From Spirochaetota bacterium (lineage in GTDB: Bacteria; Spirochaetota; UBA4802; UBA5550), in the NCBI GenBank assembly GCA_963663865.1, contig OY760686.1, positions 2,496,001-2,560,000 on the forward strand: DNA of 64,000 bases, read 5' to 3'. The first letter of the stretch is position 1, and each line of letters opens with the position of its first letter. The position numbers and the translations under genes are program-made. A model generated the notes under the pieces. It saw nothing but the letters and a program-made list of their open reading frames with translations. It made no database searches and was not told where the DNA came from. Below are positions 48,911-60,188 of this stretch, one piece after another.

Positions 48911-49025
48911 AGTGAGATTATATTTATTAAATATATCTTACATAAATTTATTTTTTGTCCATACATTTTTAATTAGCATTAAACTGCTTGCAGTTTAAAT
49001 ATTTTTGTACACATCTGGAGGATTT

Positions 49026-50363
49026 ATGAAAAAGGTTTCGCTCTTTTCAGCAGCCATGCTTGCCCTCGTCTTCTCGGCGGGCAGCCTTTACGCCGGAAGC
49101 GTTGACGCACTCGGCAATCTTAGCGCTGAATATGTCAGGTCGCTCAGCCGCAACGCATCAACTGACACCGACGCTGTGAGCTACAACCCCGCAGGAGTCA
49201 TGCACCTCGAAAACGGACTCTATGGAAATGTCGGATGCCAGTATCTTTTAAAGGATTACAGCATGACGGACAACAATGCTGACACCACAAGGCTCTGGAA
49301 CAAAGATGAGTATTCATCAGACACACCGAGCATTATTCCAAACGCGTACGTTGTTTATAAGGCAGACAAATGGTCAGCATTCGGCTCATTCAACGCAGTT
49401 GCCGGCGGTGGAGATGTGGAGTATGACGGCGGATCTCCGATGATAGGTACAGCGATAGGCGGCTCAGCCTACGCCGCAGCCCTGACTGCAGGCGCTGATG
49501 CTGCAACAGCGATGGCAACAGCTCAGCAGACTACCTCTTTCATTGACAGCCTCAAGGCTAAATCACAGTACCTTTCCGGAACAATTGGAGGCGCTTACAA
49601 GATTAACAATATGTTTTCGGTATCACTTGCCGGACGCTATGTAAACGGAGTCAAAGAGTTTGACATCAGCTCAACCCAGGCGGTTACCGGACTCTCTGAA
49701 GGAACCAACATCGCTAAAGTTGAAATGAACACATGGGGACTTACAGGAATCATCGGTGTTGACGTCACTCCTATGGAAGGCCTCAACATCGGACTAAGAT
49801 ACGAATCTGAAACATCTCTGGAATGGGACACTGAGGTAAGCGGCGCGCAGATTGCTCTTGCCCAGGGACTCGGCTACGTCGACGGCGGAACTGAGAAGAA
49901 GAACCTTCCTCAGCTTGCTTCAATCGGAATCGCTTACAACATCCTTCCGGAACTCAAAGCCTCTGCTTCCTTTACATACTACATGATTAAGTGGTCGACA
50001 TGGGAACATGACAACGGAACAGAAACAAATGAAGACTATGACAATGGATTTGATGCCGCAATATCACTGGAGTACTCAATCATGCCTGAGCTTCTCGTGA
50101 GCGCCGGCTATATGTACACACAGACAGGAGCCAACGAAGACACACTGACCGATTTCGAAATGGCCCTCGACGCCAACGTCGTAGCTCTTGGAGCACGATA
50201 TGAGGTAATGCCGGGTCTTCTCGTTAATGCCGGCTTCCAGTGGGCAATGTACATTGACGGAACCGGAAACCCGACTCTTCCGGGTTCACCTGACCCCGAA
50301 GACATCACTTACGCCAAAGATGTTAAAAACTTCGCCCTCGGAGTTCAGTACAAATTCATGTAA
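49026..50363 (+). CDS. OmpP1/FadL-family long-chain fatty acid outer-membrane transporter
   Basis: R.AST..DAV.YNPAG, NIGLRYE, LPQLASIG, C-terminal YKF; start moved to 49026 after a GGAGG RBS. Confidence 0.88.
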   Translation: MKKVSLFSAAMLALVFSAGSLYAGSVDALGNLSAEYVRSLSRNASTDTDAVSYNPAGVMHLENGLYGNVGCQYLLKDYSMTDNNADTTRLWNKDEYSSDTPSIIPNAYVVYKADKWSAFGSFNAVAGGGDVEYDGGSPMIGTAIGGSAYAAALTAGADAATAMATAQQTTSFIDSLKAKSQYLSGTIGGAYKINNMFSVSLAGRYVNGVKEFDISSTQAVTGLSEGTNIAKVEMNTWGLTGIIGVDVTPMEGLNIGLRYESETSLEWDTEVSGAQIALAQGLGYVDGGTEKKNLPQLASIGIAYNILPELKASASFTYYMIKWSTWEHDNGTETNEDYDNGFDAAISLEYSIMPELLVSAGYMYTQTGANEDTLTDFEMALDANVVALGARYEVMPGLLVNAGFQWAMYIDGTGNPTLPGSPDPEDITYAKDVKNFALGVQYKFM

Positions 50364-50376
50364 TATCGACAGGCGG

Positions 50377-50417
50377 ACGCAAAAAACCCGGATTTTACAA
50401 TCCGGGTTTTTTTGCGT
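50377..50417. terminator. Bidirectional intrinsic terminator between the fadL-like gene and pyrG
   Basis: ACGCAAAAAACCCGGATT-ttac-AATCCGGGTTTTTTTGCGT. Confidence 0.9.
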
Positions 50418-50431
50418 TTATGTACTCAGCT

Positions 50432-52069
50432 TCAGGCTTCGTCTGAATGCTCTGCCGCGGCTCTTATGAAATCCCTGAAGAGCGGATGCGGTGTCGTGGG
50501 CCTTGACTTAAACTCAGGGTGGTACTGTGTCGCGTAAAACCACGGATGCTCCGGTATCTCAATGGTTTCTACAAGGTTTTTCTGCGGATATATGCCTCCG
50601 AAAACCATACCGCCTTCCTCGTAGGCCTTTCTGTACCTTAGAGTAAATTCAAATCGATGACGGTGCCTCTCCTGTATCGCGTCCTGGCCGTATATCTTCC
50701 TGATACCGCTGCCCTCCTGCAGGCTGCACGGATAGGACCCCAGCCTCATCGTTCCGCCCTTGTCGACTACCAGCTCCTGTTCTTCAAGCAGAGAGATTAC
50801 AGGATGAGCGGCCTCAGGGTCAATCTCAGTTGTGTGAGCATTGTCGAGACCGCAGACATTGCGGCCGAATTCAATAACAGCGCAGTGAAGCCCCAGGCAG
50901 ATTCCAAAAAAAGGAACCCTGTTTTCACGGGCAAACTTTATAGCGGCAATCTTTCCCTCAATTCCTCTGTTCCCGAATCCTCCGGGAACAAGAACACCGT
51001 CAACCCCCTCAAGCAGCGTCTCCGCGCTCGTTCCCTTCTGACAGTTCTCAATGTCCTCGGAGTCAATGCGTACGATTTGAAGCTCGGTCTGATTCGCAAC
51101 AGCGCCGTGAGTCAGCGCCTCATAGATGGATCTATACGCGTCCTGCAGGGCAATGTATTTCCCTACCACCGCTATTTTCACCTTTTTAAGCGGATTCCGC
51201 TGCATCTCGATAAAGCGGTCCCAGGCAGGAATGCGAAGCGGGCTGTCTGGAAGATTGAAGTGCTCAAGAACAATCTTATCGTACTCGTTTCTAATAAACA
51301 TGTACACAATCTCATAAATTGATCCCTTAACATCCTCAGCCGATATAACCTTTCTTTCTGAAACATTGCAGAACAGTGCTATCTTGGACTTCATTTCCTG
51401 GGATAGGGCCTTTGATGTTCGCGCCAGAAGCATATCAGGAATTATTCCGAGCTCCATAAGCTCCTTGACCGAATGCTGAGTCGGTTTTGTCTTGTGCTCT
51501 CCCGCGACCGAAATAACCGGAACAAGGGTAAGATGTATATTGAGGACCCGGGATAATCCCAGCTCATGCCTTATCTGCCTGATTGCCTCAAGAAAAGGAA
51601 CTGACTCGATATCTCCGACTGTCCCGCCTATTTCAACAAGAACGAAGTCAAGTTCCGGGTCATCACTGGCGACATCAAAAATTCTCTTCTTTATTTCATT
51701 GGTGATGTGGGGAATAACCTGAACAGTCCTTCCCAGATAATCGCCCCTTCTTTCGCGCTGAATAACTGTATTATAGATTTGACCTGTCGATACTGAATTC
51801 TTCTGAGACAGCCTGGCGTTTGTAAACCGCTCGTAATAGCCCAGATCCAGATCAGTCTCTGCCCCGTCATCCGTCACGTAAACCTCGCCATGCTGGTATG
51901 GGCTCATCGTTCCAGGGTCAATGTTGATGTAAGGATCCATTTTTATCAGCGAGATTTTATAACCATGTCCTTCAAGAAGCAGTCCCAGAGAAGCCACGGA
52001 TATCCCCTTACCAAGAGATGAACACACACCTCCGGTTACAAATATAAACCTTGTCTTTTTGTTTTCCAT
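50432..52069 (-). CDS. pyrG: CTP synthase
   Basis: [38 protein letters not shown]. Confidence 0.98.
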   Translation of the reverse strand: MENKKTRFIFVTGGVCSSLGKGISVASLGLLLEGHGYKISLIKMDPYINIDPGTMSPYQHGEVYVTDDGAETDLDLGYYERFTNARLSQKNSVSTGQIYNTVIQRERRGDYLGRTVQVIPHITNEIKKRIFDVASDDPELDFVLVEIGGTVGDIESVPFLEAIRQIRHELGLSRVLNIHLTLVPVISVAGEHKTKPTQHSVKELMELGIIPDMLLARTSKALSQEMKSKIALFCNVSERKVISAEDVKGSIYEIVYMFIRNEYDKIVLEHFNLPDSPLRIPAWDRFIEMQRNPLKKVKIAVVGKYIALQDAYRSIYEALTHGAVANQTELQIVRIDSEDIENCQKGTSAETLLEGVDGVLVPGGFGNRGIEGKIAAIKFARENRVPFFGICLGLHCAVIEFGRNVCGLDNAHTTEIDPEAAHPVISLLEEQELVVDKGGTMRLGSYPCSLQEGSGIRKIYGQDAIQERHRHRFEFTLRYRKAYEEGGMVFGGIYPQKNLVETIEIPEHPWFYATQYHPEFKSRPTTPHPLFRDFIRAAAEHSDEA

Positions 52070-52288
52070 TGCGAATTTCCTCTATTTTCCATTAAAGGCC
52101 GTGAAGAAAAAAATTGGAATACACCCGGAACAGGCACTGCGGATACAGGCCGTCAAAAGTCCGGAAATATTGAAAAAACACAGCCGCTATTAAGGCTATA
52201 TCTGATCGGCCCCGAATTAATCAAGGTTTTTATTCCATGAAGGTTTGAATTAATCATTTTCAGCCCTCTAAATCTGATTAAAGATAAC

Positions 52289-52317
52289 TTGACACCGGGA
52301 CCGGGTGAAGTTAGATT
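52289..52317 (+). promoter_or_regulatory. Putative sigma-70 promoter of the PilZ operon
   Basis: TTGACA-N17-TAGATT. Confidence 0.5.
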
Positions 52318-52374
52318 CGCTGACAGCGGTATGGATTCATGATACTGCCCGTTCATCAACAAACCGGAGGAGCT

Positions 52375-52749
52375 ATGGGCGAAAAGAGAAAACACAGACG
52401 CTACGAGTGCTCAATAAAGGCGGAATTCCGATTCTATGAAGGAAATCCTGACGATGTTGAGTATGATCAAAACTCGTTTTCGTCAGGCAAAGGAACAATC
52501 ATGGATGTCAGCAGCGGCGGGCTTTTCATTGTCACCAATTCCAAAGTCAACATAAACTCCCCTGTGTCGCTTTCCTTCAAGTCAAAGAGAGGATGGCACG
52601 ATCTAGAAGGCCGGGTTGTCAGGACAGGGCTCATGAAGAACAACCCGACTGAACTTGCCGTAAAGTACTCACACTGCGCTGGAAAAGGTGAAGCCTATCT
52701 GGCGGTTGAATTTGACAGCGAATGCCCGGATTTTACGGATGGATGCTGA
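52375..52749 (+). CDS. PilZ-domain protein (c-di-GMP binding motifs intact)
   Basis: RKHRR (RxxxR) and DVSSGG (DxSxxG); start moved to 52375 after GGAGG. Confidence 0.85.
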   Translation: MGEKRKHRRYECSIKAEFRFYEGNPDDVEYDQNSFSSGKGTIMDVSSGGLFIVTNSKVNINSPVSLSFKSKRGWHDLEGRVVRTGLMKNNPTELAVKYSHCAGKGEAYLAVEFDSECPDFTDGC

Positions 52750-53600
52750 TGAAGCAGAAGATTCTCAGGATTACAGATATATCAGAAATCGACACCTCCA
52801 GAGTGTCAGTTTTTGACATGAACAACAGATATATTGACGGCCGAGGAAACATATACGGCCTTAAGTTCAACCGTCTTACGAAGAAGATTGAGGTCATCAA
52901 GCTTATACGCACCCATACGGATGAGGCCCAATTCGTTCAGCATAGAATAATCCAGAAAAAGATTAAAACCCAGCAAATCCAGGAAAAGGAACAGTCCGAG
53001 TGGCACAATGATGACACCGAAGACATTCCAGCAACGGCCTTCAGCCCAAGAGACGCGGTTGAAAGAATTATTTCACTTATAGGCCCCCACAGGGAACGCC
53101 TTAAAGGGATAATAATGAACATCAAAAACTCAAACGCTTTTACCAGGGACAACAAGACAGAAAGCATTGAGCTCGATAATATATTCAGAAATCTTGACAT
53201 TGACGGTATTCAGCAATTTGAAAAAATAGAAAACTACCACCGTGAACTCACCGGATATCCCAGATCCATAACCTACTATATGGCCAAGCTTGATCCCAGA
53301 TCAAGGGACATAGTCGACTCAATGGGTACAGAATCCGACAGGGTTATGAGGTATATTTTTTTCTACGAGATGAACAACTCAATCACGGCCATGTACAGAA
53401 ACCTGAAAAAAATTCTCGTCAACCTGACAGAGTTTCTCAGCACAAAGGATATTGAATCCATGAAAAATCTCACTTCCTTTGAAAAACAGTCCTTCGAAGA
53501 TGCAAATACTTCCATCGAGAACACCCTTCTTGAAATTGACGATGTACTTGACAGCCTCCTCCCAATGGATGACTTTCTGCACAACCCGGAAAACCTGTGA
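52749..53600 (+). CDS. Hypothetical protein (small beta N-domain + helical C-domain)
   Basis: TGATG coupling to the PilZ gene; NRYIDGRGNIYGLKFN N-terminal motif. Confidence 0.7.
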   Translation: MKQKILRITDISEIDTSRVSVFDMNNRYIDGRGNIYGLKFNRLTKKIEVIKLIRTHTDEAQFVQHRIIQKKIKTQQIQEKEQSEWHNDDTEDIPATAFSPRDAVERIISLIGPHRERLKGIIMNIKNSNAFTRDNKTESIELDNIFRNLDIDGIQQFEKIENYHRELTGYPRSITYYMAKLDPRSRDIVDSMGTESDRVMRYIFFYEMNNSITAMYRNLKKILVNLTEFLSTKDIESMKNLTSFEKQSFEDANTSIENTLLEIDDVLDSLLPMDDFLHNPENL

Positions 53601-53662
53601 TTCAGGAAATTTAGAACAATTCAGCCGGGCTTTCTAATTATGGCCCCGAACCGGAAACTGTT

Positions 53663-56600
53663 ATGATTTTCAAAAACCTTATTGATGAATTCTGTTCCAG
53701 CGGTGAATTCGCACAACTTCTTCCGTACATGGAAAAAGGAGAGCCTTTATCAGTTGAGGGCATCCCCTCATCTTCGTTCGCCTTGATTATTGCATCTATT
53801 TACAGAACCAGCGGCAGCCAGATGTTAATCGTCACAGAAAACAGCACGACACTTGAAGAGCTTCAGCAGGACCTTGCCTGTTTTGTGGACGATCAGGATA
53901 TCATCGCTCTTCCCGGCTGGGACACCCTGCCCTACGAAGATGTCTCTCCTCCGGAAAGAATACAGAGGCAGCGTCTCACATCAATCTACAGACTCATTGC
54001 GGGCGATAACGGAATAGTGATAGCAACGGTAGAATCGCTCATTCGGCTCATCCCTGAAAAGAACTTTTTCACAAACCGCGGACTCACCCTGAAAATGGGC
54101 GAAGAGATACCCTTCGACGACCTCATAGAAACAATCGCGGAATACGGCTTCTCACGCGAACACAAAGTCGAAGAGTATGGACAATTCTCTGTAAAGGGCG
54201 GAATTGTTGATGTTTTTCTGCCCTCAAGGGACAGGCCTGTGCGTCTTGATTTCTTCGGAGATACAGTCGAGTCAATCCGGGAATTCGATCCTGTTTCACA
54301 GATATCCGGAGATTCGCTTTCGTCAGTGACTTTCTATCCGAGGCATGAGATATCACTGCTCCCGTCTGAAAAAGAAACCATTGCGCGATGGATAAAAACA
54401 TCCGGATCGTCGGAAAAGATCGCAGCAGCCGAAAGCTTCATAAACGGTACAATTGAACATCTTCCTGGGATTGAAGATATCTTTCCGCTGGCCGTTGAGC
54501 CAGCACCCGTTCACACACTGCTGAAGAATGACGCTTATATCATACTAACAGACCCCACAGGCCTCAACACAAAACGTAATCAGATAGAAAAAACCTACAC
54601 CGAGCTTTTCTCACGAAAGCATGAATCCGATTCGTGCCTGCCGCCCGAAAAGCTGATCGACGGTTCAATTCTGGACTTAATTTCATCAAATGCTCTCCGT
54701 TTACAGACCATGACGACAAATCCCGGCGCACTTCACTGGGGCTTTAAGGGACTACAAAACTATCACGGCAAGGTTCCTGCTGTCAGAGACGAGATATCAA
54801 AGCGTATTGATGAAGGATGGAAGGCCGTTGTTTCAACGGCCTTCGAAGGCCAGGCCCGGAGACTTGCCGACATGTTCGCAAAGCTTAACCCTGAACCGGG
54901 CTTCTCTTCTTTACCCGAAAGCTTCAAACTCAGAATTGTTATCTCCGGATTCAGAAACGGAATCGAAATAGCGTCAACCCGTACAGTAATCTTTACTGAC
55001 AACGATATATTCGGCAGAAGCTACAGAAAAAAAGCTTCCTTTAAAAAAAAGGCTTCCAGGCCAATCGAATCATTTCTCGACCTCAAGGAAGGCGACTACA
55101 TAGTTCACATCAATCACGGCATTGGAATATTCAACGGAATTGAGAGAATGGCCGCCGGAGGGGTTGAGCGGGACTTCCTCCTCATCAACTACGCAGACGG
55201 GGACAGACTTTTTGTATCGCTGGATCAGATCACAATGGTTCAGAAATATATCGGAATGGAAGGCCGCCCGCCGCGGATAGACGCTCTTGGTAAAAAATCA
55301 GCCTGGAATAAAATCAAAGACCGCGTCAAAGAGTCGGTTGAGATTATAGCAAAGGAGCTGATTGAGATATATTCTATGAGATCTGCTCTGCGGGGATATC
55401 AGTATCCACCGGACACTCTCTGGCAGGAAGAGTTTGAAGCCAGGTTCGAGTATGATGAAACTCCCGATCAGATAACAGCTATCGAAGACGTAAAGGATGA
55501 CATGGAAAGCCCAAAGCCCATGGACAGGCTCATCTGCGGCGATGTAGGTTTCGGTAAAACCGAGGTAGCCATAAGGGCGGCATTTAAGGCGGTTATGGCC
55601 GGTAGGCAAGTGGCGCTTCTGGTGCCAACTACGGTACTTGCGATGCAGCACTTTGCAACATTCAAAAAACGCTTCGCTGAATATCCCTTTGAAATTGAAA
55701 TGATTTCACGATTCAGAACAGCCTCTCAGATAAGGCAAATCAAGGAGAGACTCGCTGAAGGGAAAGTCGATATAGTTGTTGGAACCCATGCCATTCTTTC
55801 AAAGGATATGAACATAAAGAATCTCGGACTTCTTATAATTGACGAAGAGCAGAAATTCGGAGTCAGGCACAAGGAACACCTGAAAAAGCTGAGGGCTATG
55901 GTTGACGTTCTTACGCTTTCAGCCACGCCAATCCCGAGAACGCTGCATATGTCAATGGCGGGCATCAGGGACCTCTCAACAATATCGACCCCCCCGGAAA
56001 ACCGTCAGTCCATTGAGACTTACGTACTTGAAGATAATCCCGACATTCTTGCCCTTGCCATACGAACTGAAATTGAAAGAAGCGGCCAGGTATTCTTTGT
56101 TCATAACAGGGTAAACGACATTGATGAGTATGCGTCAATGATCCGCACCCTTGTTCCTGAAGCCTCTGTCTGTGTGGCTCACGGCCAGATGCATGAGCAC
56201 GAGCTTGAAGAGATAATGATAGACTTCATGAACAGAAAGTACGATGTCCTTGTAAGTACTACTATAATTGAATCCGGCCTCGACATACCGAATGTCAATA
56301 CCATCATCATTAACAGAGCCGATACTCTCGGCCTTTCCCAGCTCTATCAGCTCAAAGGGCGCGTCGGCCGTTCTTCAAGAAAGTCATTCGCGTACCTGTT
56401 TCACCCGAGGCATATCGCTCTTACTGAAGATGCCCAGAAAAGACTTCAGGTAATCTCCGAATTCTCTGAGCTGGGCAGCGGTCTAAAGGTGGCAATGCGC
56501 GATCTTGAGATAAGAGGCGCGGGAAATATTCTCGGAAAAGAACAGTCCGGAGACATTATGGAAGTAGGCTTTGATCTCTACTGTCAGATGCTTGAGGATT

Positions 56601-57076
56601 CAGTAAAGCGGCTTAAAGGCGAAAAGCCTGTCTTCGCTCACCGAACCAACCTTTTCATACGGATGGACTTCTTTATACCTGAAGACTATATCAGCGACGA
56701 AAGACAGAAAATTGAATTTTACAAGAGATTCGAATCCTGTTCAACCTCAGAAGAGGTTGACATGCTTGAAAAAGAGCTTAAAGACAGGTTCGGCGCTCCT
56801 CATGGCCAGGTGCTCAATCTGATTGAGTTTGAACGAATTCGAGCTGCGGCATCAGAGCTTTTCATAGACGAAATCATTGAGGATTCAAGAAGTATCAGAA
56901 TCAGAATATCGTCGCACGCAAAAATTAACAGTTCAAAGCTTATCGAAATCATTTCTAAAGACAGCCGATTTAGCCCAGACATGTCGGATTCAACAATACT
57001 TCATTTCAGACCTGGAACAGATGAGACCCAAAAAAAGCTTATCGAGTTAAAAAAGTGGTTGCAACAAATATCCTGA
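53663..57076 (+). CDS. mfd: Transcription-repair coupling factor
   Basis: VHINHGIG, GDVGFGKTEVA, DEEQKFG, QLKGRVGR, DLEIRGAG. Confidence 0.98.
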   Translation: MIFKNLIDEFCSSGEFAQLLPYMEKGEPLSVEGIPSSSFALIIASIYRTSGSQMLIVTENSTTLEELQQDLACFVDDQDIIALPGWDTLPYEDVSPPERIQRQRLTSIYRLIAGDNGIVIATVESLIRLIPEKNFFTNRGLTLKMGEEIPFDDLIETIAEYGFSREHKVEEYGQFSVKGGIVDVFLPSRDRPVRLDFFGDTVESIREFDPVSQISGDSLSSVTFYPRHEISLLPSEKETIARWIKTSGSSEKIAAAESFINGTIEHLPGIEDIFPLAVEPAPVHTLLKNDAYIILTDPTGLNTKRNQIEKTYTELFSRKHESDSCLPPEKLIDGSILDLISSNALRLQTMTTNPGALHWGFKGLQNYHGKVPAVRDEISKRIDEGWKAVVSTAFEGQARRLADMFAKLNPEPGFSSLPESFKLRIVISGFRNGIEIASTRTVIFTDNDIFGRSYRKKASFKKKASRPIESFLDLKEGDYIVHINHGIGIFNGIERMAAGGVERDFLLINYADGDRLFVSLDQITMVQKYIGMEGRPPRIDALGKKSAWNKIKDRVKESVEIIAKELIEIYSMRSALRGYQYPPDTLWQEEFEARFEYDETPDQITAIEDVKDDMESPKPMDRLICGDVGFGKTEVAIRAAFKAVMAGRQVALLVPTTVLAMQHFATFKKRFAEYPFEIEMISRFRTASQIRQIKERLAEGKVDIVVGTHAILSKDMNIKNLGLLIIDEEQKFGVRHKEHLKKLRAMVDVLTLSATPIPRTLHMSMAGIRDLSTISTPPENRQSIETYVLEDNPDILALAIRTEIERSGQVFFVHNRVNDIDEYASMIRTLVPEASVCVAHGQMHEHELEEIMIDFMNRKYDVLVSTTIIESGLDIPNVNTIIINRADTLGLSQLYQLKGRVGRSSRKSFAYLFHPRHIALTEDAQKRLQVISEFSELGSGLKVAMRDLEIRGAGNILGKEQSGDIMEVGFDLYCQMLEDSVKRLKGEKPVFAHRTNLFIRMDFFIPEDYISDERQKIEFYKRFESCSTSEEVDMLEKELKDRFGAPHGQVLNLIEFERIRAAASELFIDEIIEDSRSIRIRISSHAKINSSKLIEIISKDSRFSPDMSDSTILHFRPGTDETQKKLIELKKWLQQIS

Positions 57077-57156
57077 TGGCTTAGAGAACCGAAAGATACA
57101 GTCTTAAGGCATAAACTGCCTGACTCATAAAAACAATCAATTACAGGACCTACAAA

Positions 57157-57867
57157 ATGAAAAAAATATCCTTTCTATTCATCGCTGTTCTTACGGCATC
57201 AGTTTTCGGATGCAGCCAGTTCTCCGGAGAATGGGCAGCCAAGGTTGACGGCGAAAAAATAACCTTAGATGAATTCAACAGTCTTTACTACACTCAGAAC
57301 AAAATTATGTTTAACCTTCAGACAAACGATCAGGTTGATAAGATGGCAGAACAGGCTGGAATGATGAATCCGCAGGTTCAGCAGATGCTTAACAAGAACA
57401 GCTTTCTTGATCAGATGATTGCCCAGAAGCTCATCTACACAAAGGCCCTTAACGATGACTCAATTGACCAGAAAGAGCTAAAAACCCTGGTTGAATTCAC
57501 CAAAATGCAAACTGTAGCCTCTTACTACCTCGGCCAGAAGCTGAAGGATCAGGTAACTGTGAACGAGCAGGAAATTGAGAAGTTCTACAATGAAAACAGA
57601 CAGTATTTCAGGGGAGTTCCTCTAAATAACGAGGTAGTTGAAAGAATAAGACAGCAGATACTCATGCAGAAGTCTAAAATGCTTTCAAATGAATATGTTA
57701 TGAACCTTGTTGCTGAAGCCAAGGTTGACAGATCCGGACTAACAAAGCACCTGAAAGAAAAAAACGCTCCTGAGAAGAAAGACGAAGCAAAAAAAGAGGA
57801 TGTTAAAACAATCTCTCCTGAAAACAAAGCTCCCGAAGCCAAACCGGAAGCTGCTGAAAAAAAATAG
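57157..57867 (+). CDS. SurA/PrsA N-terminal-domain lipoprotein lacking a PPIase domain (LipL31-like)
   Basis: Lipobox VFGC; AKVDGEKIT..EF; LDQMI..KL; EIEKFY.EN; K/E/A/P-rich tail. Confidence 0.7.
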   Translation: MKKISFLFIAVLTASVFGCSQFSGEWAAKVDGEKITLDEFNSLYYTQNKIMFNLQTNDQVDKMAEQAGMMNPQVQQMLNKNSFLDQMIAQKLIYTKALNDDSIDQKELKTLVEFTKMQTVASYYLGQKLKDQVTVNEQEIEKFYNENRQYFRGVPLNNEVVERIRQQILMQKSKMLSNEYVMNLVAEAKVDRSGLTKHLKEKNAPEKKDEAKKEDVKTISPENKAPEAKPEAAEKK

Positions 57868-57945
57868 CTACTTTCAGCTGATGGACAATTCAAAGGCCGT
57901 GTTAATTCACGGCCTTTTATCATTAATGCTGACACAGCCTGCTGT

Positions 57946-58671
57946 CTATCTCCTTCTCAATCCAGGATCCATCATCAGCCCTGACGCCTCTTTAAACATG
58001 CCGGCCGCTCCATATGCCTTCACCAGCTCTGTTCTTGTATGTCTGCTCTCCCGATCCATCCGGTATGCTCTTTCAAGATAAGGAACAGCTTTCCGCGGAT
58101 TTCCGCTTCGTGAAAGAGATGTACCAAGATGATACAGAACATCAGCATCCGGGCCTTCGTATTCAAGAAGCCGACTGAATACAATGGCTGCTTTACTGTA
58201 TTCCGAAAGCTTAAACAGAGAAAGCGCGTGATAGCGTCTTACTTCCGAATAATTCAAATTACTGCCCACAGAAGCTATTGATACAACGTCATCATAATAG
58301 CCCCTTGCATAAAGAGCGCTGACCAGCTTCAACATATTCGGCCTGTCAAGTTCGCCCGCAAGGGCAAGCGGACCAATAAGCGACAGGCCTTCACTGATCA
58401 ACCCGGCATCAATTAAGGCAATTCCGCCTGCTGTTAAAACAAGAGCATTGCCGGGATAAGCAGCATTAGCTCTTTGAACAGCCGTCTTCAACTTTCCGGC
58501 GTCGCCCGTTTGAGCGGCATTTTTGATTCTGCCAGCCGCATCCCCGGGACTCTCCTTCATAAGCGCCTTGTAATATGCAGCCATGTAAAAACCGTAAATC
58601 TTTTCACTGTTGAAATACGACAGCCCGGAGACAGCCGCGATCAGAATCAGGATGATAATCCTTTTTGTCAT
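57946..58671 (-). CDS. TPR protein with N-terminal signal/anchor
   Basis: DVLYHLGTSLSRSGNPRKAVPYLERAY TPR; start moved to 58671 after GGAGA. Confidence 0.75.
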   Translation of the reverse strand: MTKRIIILILIAAVSGLSYFNSEKIYGFYMAAYYKALMKESPGDAAGRIKNAAQTGDAGKLKTAVQRANAAYPGNALVLTAGGIALIDAGLISEGLSLIGPLALAGELDRPNMLKLVSALYARGYYDDVVSIASVGSNLNYSEVRRYHALSLFKLSEYSKAAIVFSRLLEYEGPDADVLYHLGTSLSRSGNPRKAVPYLERAYRMDRESRHTRTELVKAYGAAGMFKEASGLMMDPGLRRR

Positions 58672-58906
58672 CAAAATCTCCTGGAGAGCTTTCTTATAGT
58701 ACAGCCATTGATCGCAGTTTATATCAAATCTCAAACATTGCTGAAATCTCAATATAAACCAGCGTGACGATAGCTCTATAATCAGCGATATTATAATCCA
58801 TTTCAACAATTAATTCTTGAAATATATCAGTACGGCTGATTGATTAACAATTAGCGCCTGAACAGGATGTTTTTTCAGGCAATTACTTCTATGAACGGCG
58901 GAAAAA

Positions 58907-59506
58907 ATGAGATTCAATATAGTGATTTCTTCTCTTGCATTTTTTTTAGCGCTGGCCACCGCGGGCCACGCGTTAACGGTTGAGGAAGCTATTTCCCGTT
59001 TCCAGGGCAGGATGTACAGCGCGGGCAGGCTTCAGGGAACAATTTCCTGGACTTCATCAAGCGGAGCAGCTTATTCTGGCGAATTCAAATACATGAGTCC
59101 CGGCATGATAAACGTCAAGTTTACAAGTCCTTCCGGCAAATCGGTTGTGTGCAACGGCAAAAAGCTCTGGATATATGACAACGGCTCAAATATCTGCGGA
59201 GTACAGGATGTCGGTGGCGTGTCGGGCGGAATCGCCGGGATTGTAAACGGATACAGCGGCATAGCAACCGGCGGCGGAGGCGGATACACCCTGAAGTTAA
59301 AGTCCGAAAGCAAGGCATATCCCGAAATTGTACTTAATCTGGATTCAACATTTATGCTCAAGAGGGCAACATTCAAGGACAGATCGGGAAACAGCACATC
59401 ATTCACTCTGACAGTCAGAGATGGCGGCTCTGTTTTCCCGGGAATGTTCAACTTTGCGATTCCTTCAAACGCCCAGGTAATCAACAATCCGCTTGATATC
59501 AGGTAA
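58907..59506 (+). CDS. lolA: Outer-membrane lipoprotein carrier protein LolA-like
   Basis: Signal peptide; SG.F.Y..PG...F..P....VCNGKKLWIYD; F.F.IP.NAQV. Confidence 0.75.
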   Translation: MRFNIVISSLAFFLALATAGHALTVEEAISRFQGRMYSAGRLQGTISWTSSSGAAYSGEFKYMSPGMINVKFTSPSGKSVVCNGKKLWIYDNGSNICGVQDVGGVSGGIAGIVNGYSGIATGGGGGYTLKLKSESKAYPEIVLNLDSTFMLKRATFKDRSGNSTSFTLTVRDGGSVFPGMFNFAIPSNAQVINNPLDIR

Positions 59507-59512
59507 AAAACG

Positions 59513-60130
59513 TTGAAAAATAAATTACAGACAGCCGCGCTTCTCATATTGCTCACCTCACAGCCTCTCCTGTCACAGAGAGGTGAGCTCGCCAGTGAGA
59601 GCAGCCTCTTTTATACCTTTATAGGTCCAGTTGTCTCCGCGGGATACGGCGGCGTCAAGGAAAGATACTGGGACGGCGCGGCAAACCTTTACTCAGAAAG
59701 GAAGAACTCCGGGCCTCTATTCGGGGGGGGATGCAGCTTTTCTCTAATCGCGGACAGCTTTGCGGGAAATTTTCGAGCTGAATACCTTTACAACACCGGC
59801 GGAGATGGTCCCGTAACACACAACCAGCTTTCAATGAACGTAAGCTATATCCACGCATTCAACAAGACTTTATCGCTTGGGATCGGAGCCGGGCTGTATC
59901 TCGAAACACCTCCTTCAACCGGGGACTATGCTTCCACTGCGGGATTCCTACTGCCCGCCACAGTATATATTACTACCGGTTTTGACACACTACTATTTGC
60001 CGAAATTTGCGGGAAATACGGCTACTTCAACGGCAGCGAAGAAACGCCAGCAACTTCCATCACAGACAATCCCTACCGCTACTCCGCTTCCATATCATTA
60101 GGATTTCTTTTAAAAATAGGCCGCATCTAA
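59513..60130 (+). CDS. Putative small outer-membrane beta-barrel protein
   Basis: Signal peptide; amphipathic strands; C-terminal ASISLGF strand. Confidence 0.55.
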   Translation: MKNKLQTAALLILLTSQPLLSQRGELASESSLFYTFIGPVVSAGYGGVKERYWDGAANLYSERKNSGPLFGGGCSFSLIADSFAGNFRAEYLYNTGGDGPVTHNQLSMNVSYIHAFNKTLSLGIGAGLYLETPPSTGDYASTAGFLLPATVYITTGFDTLLFAEICGKYGYFNGSEETPATSITDNPYRYSASISLGFLLKIGRI

Positions 60131-60188
60131 TTTTTCACCTTTCCGCCGTGCCATCCGTATTACCATCAAACAATGATGGTGGTACAAG

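Noticed and set aside
50657-51322. 221-aa ORF antisense to pyrG
   Set aside because: Shadow of a highly conserved housekeeping gene.
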